The notes beneath the pieces are model-generated. The model saw only the letters and a list, made by a program, of their open reading frames with translations, was not told the DNA's origin and did no database searches. The position numbers were made by a program, and so were the translations under genes. From contig CAYTTW010000001.1 in assembly GCA_964441005.1 (NCBI GenBank), forward strand, positions 1 to 36,487: a stretch of DNA of 36,487 nt. Direction: 5' to 3'. Shown here piece after piece: positions 18,698 to 26,194 of the stretch. The first letter of the stretch is position 1. Every line of letters begins with the position of its first letter. This DNA comes from an uncultured Candidatus Saccharibacteria bacterium (GTDB lineage Bacteria; Patescibacteriota; Saccharimonadia; Saccharimonadales; CAYTTW01).

Positions 18698-19483
18698 ATG
18701 GTAAAAGTCAGCCAGCCAATTCCAGCGCCACAAGGCCGTCGGGCTCCCGTGCCGTACCGCGGCGGGCCACCGCGTGGTTTGCCGCCACCCCAAGAACTTG
18801 GGCGGTCATGGCGCGTACTCACAAAAGAGAGTCTTATCCAGCGACATCCACGATTGGCCGTTTTGCTTGGAGGGCTTGGTCTCTACGGAGTCTTGCTCAT
18901 TGGCCACACTGCCGATAAAGTGCCACTACTCAACAAAGCTCTCGATGTGCCCGCAGCGGTTGGTCACACTCTGCGTCACGATGGACGAGTCTGTGTTGAT
19001 TCAGTTAAACCGGCGCCCGCTTTTCCAGACACTACCCTCGCCAAAACCACGGCGACCACCGAAGACGATTCCAAGCTACTCTTTCACTTTTTCAGCTACT
19101 GTTTGAGCAAAAAGGGCCTGCAGCACGACGATGCTGGTAAAATTAGGGCTGAGGTAACGATGAAATTTGACGATAAACGAGCCGTTGATCTCTGGAAGGC
19201 CAATCTAACCATTGGGCAGAGCCTGTACTTGCCGGCCAGTCCGTATGCCTTTGTCGCCAACCTCTCGAAGGAAGAATGTGCCGAAGATTATGATCATATT
19301 CAGGCCAAAATTCATAGTAGCGCGCATGCTCTCGCCAATTCTCAAGTGACGGCTGCCGATATATTGGCCACTAAAGACGTTCCCTTAACGAGTATGGAGC
19401 ACACCAGCGATACTTCGGCCGCTGTCGTGCGTACCGCCATTTCCTGTGCGCTGGCTGGCACCGCTAATCAAACCACGCCGTAG
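18698..19483 (+). CDS. Bitopic membrane protein with Pro/Arg/Gly-rich cytoplasmic tail and Cys-containing ectodomain (261 aa)
   Basis: The tail is PIPAPQGRRAPVPYRGGPPRGLPPPQ, followed by a TM segment (LAVLLGGLGLYGVLLIG). The ectodomain has four Cys. An 11-nt gap precedes the next gene. The family is not recognised. Confidence 0.7.
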   Translation: MVKVSQPIPAPQGRRAPVPYRGGPPRGLPPPQELGRSWRVLTKESLIQRHPRLAVLLGGLGLYGVLLIGHTADKVPLLNKALDVPAAVGHTLRHDGRVCVDSVKPAPAFPDTTLAKTTATTEDDSKLLFHFFSYCLSKKGLQHDDAGKIRAEVTMKFDDKRAVDLWKANLTIGQSLYLPASPYAFVANLSKEECAEDYDHIQAKIHSSAHALANSQVTAADILATKDVPLTSMEHTSDTSAAVVRTAISCALAGTANQTTP

Positions 19484-19494
19484 AGGTAATAAAT

Positions 19495-22149
19495 ATGGGC
19501 TTATCTTCACCACACCTACCTGAAGCCAACACTTTTTTACGCTTTAATAGTACGAACTTATTGCCAATACTCGATCGCTTAGAGGCGGGTGTCGTTGAAG
19601 ATGATAGTCGGCTTCGGCTGGTAGTAAAGGGTTTGCTGGCAGCCGGCATTGTGGCACCACCACTTATTCTAGAGGCTATGCCAGCCAGTGCTATGACACC
19701 AGCCGTCTACCAAGCCAGCCATGAAGTTCAGCCGAGTTTTTCGCCAGTACCGAATGAAACACCAGAGGTGGTAGCTCCTCAGCCGGCATTTCGTCCGCCA
19801 GCCGCGCCTCCAGCGCTGTTATCGGTGTCTGCTGCACATACTGAAGCCAAGACGTTTCAGCCAGTTGAGCCTATCGCTGGACCAATTCGGGTTCCGGCAC
19901 CGATAACCGTCGCGCCAACGGTTACGGAGGCTATATCCATCCCAAAAGTTGCTGATTTGCCCACCAGTATTGACTTGAGTCCACCACTTGTGCCACTTGA
20001 AACAACACTTCCCGCGGTTCTTGAGTCACCTGAAGCGATCGCCGCGTCCGATATGCGGTATACAACGCCTCTCAGAGCGCAATTAGTGAGCCCACCGCCA
20101 GTAGCTGATACGGTGTCTCTGGAGCGCGCTAAGCCTATTGTAAAGGTTCAATCCACCTTTGTGCCCGTACACCCGCCTACCAGCCCAACTGCAAGCCAAG
20201 AGGGAACCAATACTCCGGCTCAACCAAGGCTCGCTGTGCCGCCTGCGGCAATCACTGAGCTGCCGCCAAAGCCAAAGGCTGATCAGCCGGTCTTAGCGGG
20301 GGCCGACCATCTTCCCGCACCACCAAAATCGACTGCCAAAACCTTCAAGCCTGTTTTGCCGCGTTTGACTGCGCCACCAGCTGCTTCGGCTTCGGTTGTA
20401 CCACCGTCCGCCGAAGCTCCAGCGGCTTCGCCTCCGCAAAAAGAGGCGACAACTGCCGAAAAGAAGGCAGCTGCTGTTAAAACCGCGCTTGATCTTGCCT
20501 GGTCTAGTGGTAATCATGGCAAGACGCCGAAAGACGAATACAAAGCAGCGGTTCAGCAGTTTAACGGCAGTGATGATGAAGATGTTTATACAGACTGTGG
20601 AGTCTATGATGCCACGGTTTACCGCATGTCAGGTGCTGATCCCCAGTTTTTCCTTCGTGGTACGGCCAATCAGACCACGTATTTAAATACGACCGGTGCG
20701 GTCTGGACTCATATTGGACCAGCTGAGCACACCGCCGATCTGCAGCCAGGCGACGACATTATTTACGATAAAACTACGAGTCCGAAAAACCCTATTGGAC
20801 ACACCTTTATTTTTACCGGATCTTTGCCAAATGGTGATAATGCTGCCGCAGCGTCGTGGCATGGGCATGCGCCAGAAACATTTCAAGTGACTGACAAATA
20901 TTTGCAATCCGAGCCTTTCCAGATCTATCGTTTAACAGACGCGCCAATACCGGCTCCAACTCCTCCCGAAGCCTCCACACCACCAGTAACCCCTGCACCG
21001 TCCAACAAAACACCAAGCTTTAAGGCGGTCGTGGTACCACCCCCAACACCGAGCTCACCTGAGCAGCCCGCTCCCGAGGTGCCGACTACCAATACTGCTC
21101 CAGTGCCTCCTTCCAATCAGTTTAAAGCGGTAACGCCTCCGCCGAATCCGCAGCCACCAGCCCCAGAGACGGCACCGACCACACCAGCGCCAACTGCTCC
21201 TTCACCAGCGCCAGCCCCCAAGCCGCCGGAAGCAGCCCCAGCTCCACCATCAACTGAAACCCAGCATACCGATCTGGAACACCAATTTGCCCCGAACGAT
21301 GAAATCAAAAACAAACTCCAGGACCAAAAAGAGGTGATTATGCCTAATGTGAGTGTCTATCAGCAAGCGGCCGATGCCGTGGGCGTTCGTTGGGAAGCGC
21401 TGGCGGCTCTCGATTACCGGGAGGCAGGAAATGACATGAATCGCTCGGCCATTGCCGGTGAGGACTTTGGAACCGTTAACCCCGATACCCACGAAGTAAT
21501 GCCCACCAATAAGCTCGATAGCTTAAAAGCCCAGGCCAACATATTGGTCGAAAAGGCTCGTCAGCTGAGTATCACGCTCACCAAAGATAGCACCGTCGAA
21601 GACTACGCTCGCGCCTTCCTGCGCTATAACCGGGGCAATATGTACGATGCCGCCAATACTAACTACACTGATTCACCGTATGTCATGAATGGCATTGATG
21701 CCGACCACACCTGGATGCACTGGCCCAACAGTAGTGCTGAGCCGAAGTCGACTCGCGGTAAGGTCAACAAACAATTGGGCGCCGTGCCGCTGTATATGTA
21801 TCTGCGTCAGACCGTCACCCCGCCGGCTCCGGAGGCTCACTCAACTCCTGTAGCCAGTGCGGGCGCAGACCAGCCAGATACTGCTAAACAGTCAAAAGAT
21901 AAAGGCGACGATAAAACGAAAGAGGCGTCCAAGCCCAAAGCCGGCACTCAAAAAGATTTTTCACCAGTCAACGTTGGCTCAACGGGTGTCGATTCGCCAA
22001 CCGACCCAGCCGTGAAGACGCCAACAGTAAACCCACCCAAAAAGGGCGACTTTACACCTGTGAAACCCAAAGATATCAAAGCGGATAGTTCAACTCAATC
22101 GGACACCGGAGCTAGTTCGGTCGATTTGTTGGCAACAAGCCAGAATTAG
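19495..22149 (+). CDS. Membrane-anchored, proline-rich, two-module cell-wall hydrolase candidate (NlpC/P60-like + lysozyme/transglycosylase-like), 884 aa
   Basis: The SD AGAGGT lies 7 nt upstream. TM/anchor at aa ~42-62. A Pro/Ala/Val-rich linker spans ~65-325. Module 1 (aa ~325-480) has a Cys in TDCGVYDATVY (TGT 20596-20598), LQPGDDIIY, and a His in IGHTFIFTG (CAC 20800-20802), which fits the NlpC/P60 pattern. A second Pro-rich linker follows. Module 2 (aa ~612-770) has ALDYREAGND and AFLRYNRGNMY, reminiscent of SLT/lysozyme-like folds. The C-terminus is a Lys/Pro/Thr-rich tail. Confidence 0.85.
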   Translation: MGLSSPHLPEANTFLRFNSTNLLPILDRLEAGVVEDDSRLRLVVKGLLAAGIVAPPLILEAMPASAMTPAVYQASHEVQPSFSPVPNETPEVVAPQPAFRPPAAPPALLSVSAAHTEAKTFQPVEPIAGPIRVPAPITVAPTVTEAISIPKVADLPTSIDLSPPLVPLETTLPAVLESPEAIAASDMRYTTPLRAQLVSPPPVADTVSLERAKPIVKVQSTFVPVHPPTSPTASQEGTNTPAQPRLAVPPAAITELPPKPKADQPVLAGADHLPAPPKSTAKTFKPVLPRLTAPPAASASVVPPSAEAPAASPPQKEATTAEKKAAAVKTALDLAWSSGNHGKTPKDEYKAAVQQFNGSDDEDVYTDCGVYDATVYRMSGADPQFFLRGTANQTTYLNTTGAVWTHIGPAEHTADLQPGDDIIYDKTTSPKNPIGHTFIFTGSLPNGDNAAAASWHGHAPETFQVTDKYLQSEPFQIYRLTDAPIPAPTPPEASTPPVTPAPSNKTPSFKAVVVPPPTPSSPEQPAPEVPTTNTAPVPPSNQFKAVTPPPNPQPPAPETAPTTPAPTAPSPAPAPKPPEAAPAPPSTETQHTDLEHQFAPNDEIKNKLQDQKEVIMPNVSVYQQAADAVGVRWEALAALDYREAGNDMNRSAIAGEDFGTVNPDTHEVMPTNKLDSLKAQANILVEKARQLSITLTKDSTVEDYARAFLRYNRGNMYDAANTNYTDSPYVMNGIDADHTWMHWPNSSAEPKSTRGKVNKQLGAVPLYMYLRQTVTPPAPEAHSTPVASAGADQPDTAKQSKDKGDDKTKEASKPKAGTQKDFSPVNVGSTGVDSPTDPAVKTPTVNPPKKGDFTPVKPKDIKADSSTQSDTGASSVDLLATSQN

Positions 22150-23018
22150 GGCTTGGTGGCAGGAGCGGCTGGTGCCTGTTGAGTACAATCAACAACCACC
22201 GTAAGATGGGCATCGCCAGCAGTGTAAGGGTGGTCTTTGTATGGTCCTTCATGGTTTGCCGCTAATTTGTCGACCGTTTTTAAGAAGGTTGAGTTAGTAG
22301 CCAGATCGTCGGGGGTACTAATGCCCGGGGCTAGGTTAGCCATACTGGTAGCTCCTTGGGTGGTGCCACCAGGACGCATGGCAACTGAACCAAAGCGCTT
22401 GCAGGTGTAGGTAAAACCATCAGCCGAATTGAAGACTAACGACGGTTTGATATCAGTAAGATTACCTTCAAACACGCTGGTGCCACTTTGGGCTGGTGCG
22501 GCAGCCGCTGGGCCCGGTACGGTGCGAACCACGGTCTTCGTTTTTGACTGGGGGAAGAAACTAGCGCCCACAAATGCCCCGGCGGCTAGCAGCGCGCCAA
22601 TTTTCAGCCATGTTTTACCATAAATTCGTAATTCAGTTTCATAGCCCTTGCGTGCTGTGCGCTGGCCCTCGTGATGCGAAAAGTCCGACTCATACGTACC
22701 TTTTGGAACTTCGTTGTAGTGAAGGTACTTAATATAGTCGGCGGCGTTGCGAAATGGGTGTCCGGTCGCCAACCCGGTCTCATGGCTACGGGTTAATAGA
22801 ATATCTTTTGTCGTTCGGCCCCAAAAACCATACGGTACGTCCGCTCGATTCTCGTGTCGGTGCGTTACGTGCCGTTCATCGAATCGGTTTAACCGTTGCT
22901 TCGGTTGTTTGGGCGCTTTTGATTTCGATGCTTTGCCCCAGCGGCGACCGCTTTCCTGGCCCCGAGCTTCAATTGCGGAACTAGGAAAAGCTGTTCCCTG
23001 ACTTTCACCAAAACTCAT
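22146..23018 (-). CDS. Bitopic membrane protein with ~145-aa basic/His-rich cytoplasmic domain and small two-Cys ectodomain (290 aa)
   Basis: AAGGAG lies 6 nt upstream of the ATG, and the gene has its own promoter (next feature). TM segment WLKIGALLAAGAFVGASFF. Its stop overlaps the stop of the convergent 884-aa gene. The family is not recognised. Confidence 0.75.
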   Translation of the reverse strand: MSFGESQGTAFPSSAIEARGQESGRRWGKASKSKAPKQPKQRLNRFDERHVTHRHENRADVPYGFWGRTTKDILLTRSHETGLATGHPFRNAADYIKYLHYNEVPKGTYESDFSHHEGQRTARKGYETELRIYGKTWLKIGALLAAGAFVGASFFPQSKTKTVVRTVPGPAAAAPAQSGTSVFEGNLTDIKPSLVFNSADGFTYTCKRFGSVAMRPGGTTQGATSMANLAPGISTPDDLATNSTFLKTVDKLAANHEGPYKDHPYTAGDAHLTVVVDCTQQAPAAPATKP

Positions 23019-23057
23019 GATTCGCTCCTTCTGTATCCAGACGTCATTCGACGTCGC

Positions 23058-23086
23058 ATTATTTACCTTAGTCGCTTTTTTGTCAA
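23058..23086 (-). promoter_or_regulatory. Internal promoter for the 290-aa gene (minus strand)
   Basis: On the minus strand: TTGACA (23086-23081), 17-nt spacer, AATAAT (23063-23058). The dyad GACGTC-ATTC-GACGTC (23040-23055) lies at about +1. Confidence 0.55.
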
Positions 23087-23099
23087 TCCGATTGCATTT

Positions 23100-24032
23100 T
23101 TATCCAGCCTGACGTCGCCACGGGAATGGCCAACGACTGCCGGGTGGTGCTTCAATGGAGTTGCTCTCAGGGTGTTTGTTGACAATGACCGGTACCTCAC
23201 CTGCAAAGTGATTGGTCGGTTCACTCGTTCTTTCAGGGAGGGGTTCGATAGCTGGGGGATCGGCCATTAAAATGCGCGGTAAAACCGTAGGGGTTGAAGC
23301 CTCGATGTCTGGTGATGCATTAGCTGTGTCTTGATTGTCGTCGATAACTGGTTCGATGGCTGCGCGGCGACCAATTGTCACCTGCACATCGCTGATGGTA
23401 ACTCCATCAATTGGTGCCAAGTCAGCCGGCAGCTCGAGGGTAAGTTCTTGATTATGATTAAAGGTGACTCGGCCAATGACGTAATCGCTGGCTTGCGGAC
23501 CCGAAGGACGAGTAAATAGCCTAATTTCGCGCTGGGCACTAACCCTCATGAGTAAAAAAGTACCGACTGACGCGGCCGCGTCAGTCGTCATTAAATCCAG
23601 CAATGAATCGTCGGTGTCCCAACTAGTCAATCCGCGGACGTCAAAGATACCGATGGTGGGCTGGGTAGCGAGCACAGTTTCAATCTCGGCCACAGACGTG
23701 GATTCGTCCACGTTGGCTGGGATAACTTGCACCTCCAGCTTTTGCGGCGGTAGATCACTGGGACGCACAATAAAAAAAGCATCACTAATTGGTTGACTCT
23801 CGCCATTAACCAAAAAACTTGGTGAAATGACGGTAACGACGCCACTGATACCTTCGGTTTCAAGTGGGGGGAAAGTAAAACTTTCTAGCTCAGCGAGGTT
23901 GACACTTAAGGTCTGCCCGGGACTTAATACTGCCGGTTTGGAATCGAGCCCAGCACCAGCTACATCGGCAGTTGCTTCAATAAGTGGTGTATCAAAATCG
24001 TGCTCGGCGGGATTGTGGTTTCGGTCGGTCAT
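23100..24032 (-). CDS. Acidic soluble hypothetical protein (310 aa), translationally coupled to the upstream 665-aa gene
   Basis: Its ATG overlaps the upstream TGA (ATGA at 24029-24032), with GGAG 6 nt upstream. No TM segment. The sequence style looks beta-rich. No recognisable motif. Confidence 0.7.
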   Translation of the reverse strand: MTDRNHNPAEHDFDTPLIEATADVAGAGLDSKPAVLSPGQTLSVNLAELESFTFPPLETEGISGVVTVISPSFLVNGESQPISDAFFIVRPSDLPPQKLEVQVIPANVDESTSVAEIETVLATQPTIGIFDVRGLTSWDTDDSLLDLMTTDAAASVGTFLLMRVSAQREIRLFTRPSGPQASDYVIGRVTFNHNQELTLELPADLAPIDGVTISDVQVTIGRRAAIEPVIDDNQDTANASPDIEASTPTVLPRILMADPPAIEPLPERTSEPTNHFAGEVPVIVNKHPESNSIEAPPGSRWPFPWRRQAG

Positions 24033-26026
24033 GAGCTTCTCCGGCGGCGCCCCACTGGCGAGACTATTAAAGCGTCGGCTCCTTGAGAAGGATCGGCCAT
24101 AACAATGGCTTCACCGGTGTGCGGATGAACACTGACCATAGCGGCCAGGCGAGCCTTCCGTCCGCCACTGGCGCGGTCGGTCGCAGTACGCTCAAGCGTC
24201 GGCAAGTAAGGCACCAGTTCCTGACTAGCCTGAGGGCGTAGAACGCGTGCTTGGCGACGCCCGCGACGTCCGGGAGCCGGCATTGCCATCTCCATGGGTG
24301 AGGGATAATTGCCTGTATGTAGGGTCGGGTCTGGTAATTCCTCGTCTTGGCTTTTCTCAAAGGCGGTGACGACCCCGTGACCAAGGACAGCAGCTACCTC
24401 ATACCCTCGTGGGTGAGTGGCGCTTCGTTCTACCAAGGCGTAGGTATTGGCTCGCTTGGGGCGCACAATGGTGTTAACAATATTTTCGATGGTGTGGACC
24501 TCGTTGGGATGGTCGGCACTGTAGTGAATAAAGTCACCAAAAATACCTAGACTGTCGTCCACTCGTATGACCACAAACTGCTGCCAACGATTTGAACCTA
24601 GCTCGACAGTAAATTTGCCCACGACGCCCGGCAGTTTAGGGTAGGCATCGGCATCATAGCCAGTCTGTTGTTCGTCGAGCAGTTCGGAGAGTGATGAGAA
24701 CGGTGTGTTAAGGGTGTCAATGGTGGGGGGGATTGGCGGCATGAATTCGTGTTGCTCAAAAACTTTTTGACTGCCAAAGGGGTAAAGCACCGCCTTCATG
24801 TCCGGATCGGTGACATGAGCATGGAACGGTCGATCAACGTAAAATGAACCCGTGACCCCCATTTGGAGGGCGTCACGGTCGAGGTTAATGCCGTATTGAT
24901 CGTAGGCATCGTGCAAAATCTTGGCAGCATTATCGTGGCGTTGCCCCCAAGCAGGATCGTGAACAGCGTCCATGGAACCCATGACCATAACCAGCTGATA
25001 CGGGTTTTGATCGGTGGCTACACGGTTTTCTAGTAACGTTAACTTAGCGCGCGACCGGCAGTAGTAATCTACTATCTCTTCCTGTAATTCTTCCGATAGG
25101 CCAGGTCGCCGGCTCGTTAGTTCATATTGGAGACGTTCGCCAATGTGATGTAAATAGGCGCGCCAGAGATAGCTATCAGAAACGCCAGGAAGCTCTGGGA
25201 GGACTTCCAGAATTTGATACCGCTCGTATTCATCACCACTTAGCTGGCTATTGCGGCCACGTTCTAAAACGCCCCGTAGAATTTCTTCATAGTGCGGGCG
25301 CAACTCGGGATCAGTCATAATTTGATACTTTTGTTCCAGTGCGCGCACAATTTGGTAAGGGGTGACACCGTCACGCTGCATAATCCAGCGTTCTTCCTTA
25401 AGTAGGTCTGCCGGATAGCTCGAGGCAAGGCGCAAACCCTCAGCCGTTGGGTACGCAATAATTGGCACTTCATTGATAACATCGTTATACGAAAAAACAT
25501 TACAGACACGGTACTCTCCGGTAGTTGGTTCGGGCGATGCCAAGATATAGGTGCCGGGTAAGCCGGGGTCCTTAAACTCTTCTGGACGGCTATGCTGGAG
25601 TTGTTCGCGCCGGTGCCGACGGATAACATCTAGCGCGATGGCCCCCGGTGCCACATCGAGGTTCACGAGCTTATACTCCTGGGTCTCTAAAACATCTTGT
25701 CCCATCTTGGCTTTGGCGCCTTCAAAACGCAGCAAGGCGACAGCTCCCGTCAAACGACCAAAAGCATCATCACTGGTTGGCGGTAGGAAGTTGGCATCTT
25801 TATAGGTGGAACCTTCAGCAGTGGGGTGCCAGCCGGTACTACGAAGCGAGAGTCCGTTGGCGGTGAGCAGAGGTGATGGGTGGGGAAGAGCGGCCACGAC
25901 ATCACTAAGCCAATGTGGTCCGCCAATTGTCAGATGACGCGGCTGACCGTATTCCGGATCGGGACCAGGGGCTGCGGAACTTGCTGGGGCACCTGGTGTC
26001 CATGGGGCAAGAGCTCGTTCAGACAT
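24029..26026 (-). CDS. Large soluble hypothetical protein (665 aa from the SD-supported ATG) with an Arg-rich C-terminal tail
   Basis: The track ORF starts at GTG 26038. The ATG at 26026 has GAGG 6 nt upstream (GTGAGGTGGTCTATG), so I prefer it. By eye there is no TM segment, no Walker A motif and no HExxH. Confidence 0.8.
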   Translation of the reverse strand: MSERALAPWTPGAPASSAAPGPDPEYGQPRHLTIGGPHWLSDVVAALPHPSPLLTANGLSLRSTGWHPTAEGSTYKDANFLPPTSDDAFGRLTGAVALLRFEGAKAKMGQDVLETQEYKLVNLDVAPGAIALDVIRRHRREQLQHSRPEEFKDPGLPGTYILASPEPTTGEYRVCNVFSYNDVINEVPIIAYPTAEGLRLASSYPADLLKEERWIMQRDGVTPYQIVRALEQKYQIMTDPELRPHYEEILRGVLERGRNSQLSGDEYERYQILEVLPELPGVSDSYLWRAYLHHIGERLQYELTSRRPGLSEELQEEIVDYYCRSRAKLTLLENRVATDQNPYQLVMVMGSMDAVHDPAWGQRHDNAAKILHDAYDQYGINLDRDALQMGVTGSFYVDRPFHAHVTDPDMKAVLYPFGSQKVFEQHEFMPPIPPTIDTLNTPFSSLSELLDEQQTGYDADAYPKLPGVVGKFTVELGSNRWQQFVVIRVDDSLGIFGDFIHYSADHPNEVHTIENIVNTIVRPKRANTYALVERSATHPRGYEVAAVLGHGVVTAFEKSQDEELPDPTLHTGNYPSPMEMAMPAPGRRGRRQARVLRPQASQELVPYLPTLERTATDRASGGRKARLAAMVSVHPHTGEAIVMADPSQGADALIVSPVGRRRRSS

Positions 26027-26104
26027 AGACCACCTCACCTATCAATTACTATGTATCATCAAACCACATTATATGTGAGCGCGCAAGGTCAAGCGGCTTA
26101 GCAA

Positions 26105-26132
26105 TTGACACAGACTATTAGATATGTATTAA
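26105..26132 (+). promoter_or_regulatory. Promoter for the 427-aa/274-aa (and possibly uvrC) transcription unit
   Basis: TTGACA (26105-26110), 16-nt spacer, TATTAA (26127-26132). It sits in the 156-bp divergent region shared with the minus-strand operon, which has a consensus TATAAT at 26073-26068 on the minus strand. Confidence 0.45.
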
Positions 26133-26194
26133 TTAGTATAACCAATCGTCGTAGACTATTGCGGGAGATATAGGGTGATAAGAAAGGACTACAT

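Noticed and set aside
18658-19106. Alternative-frame ORFs 18658..18918 and 18774..19106 overlapping the 261-aa gene
   Set aside because: The 18698 frame has an SD, a clear TM segment and the longest ORF. The alternatives are Arg/Ala/Trp-rich translations typical of off-frame reading and lack start signals.
19457-19477. Heptapeptide GTANQTT shared by the C-terminus of the 261-aa protein and the NlpC/P60-like module of the 884-aa protein (20659-20679)
   Set aside because: The match is intriguing because the genes are adjacent and five synonymous positions differ. However, a single 7-residue match with common residues cannot be distinguished from chance without homologue alignments.
20925-21314. 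Gly/Ala-rich antisense ORFs opposite the proline-rich linker of the 884-aa gene
   Set aside because: They are a mirror-image artefact of CCN-rich coding (GGN on the complement). The sense frame is continuous through recognisable domains.
26023-26036. 14-nt identity (ACATAGACCACCTC) between the start regions of the 665-aa gene and the small membrane gene at 5588-5601
   Set aside because: At this window size several 14-nt matches are expected by chance, and both instances are constrained by SD-plus-ATG. I used it only as support for start-codon choice.
26112-26160. AGACTATT octamer repeated 41 nt apart in the divergent promoter region
   Set aside because: An 8-mer repeat within 156 bp has a substantial chance probability (roughly 0.2), and the flanks do not match.
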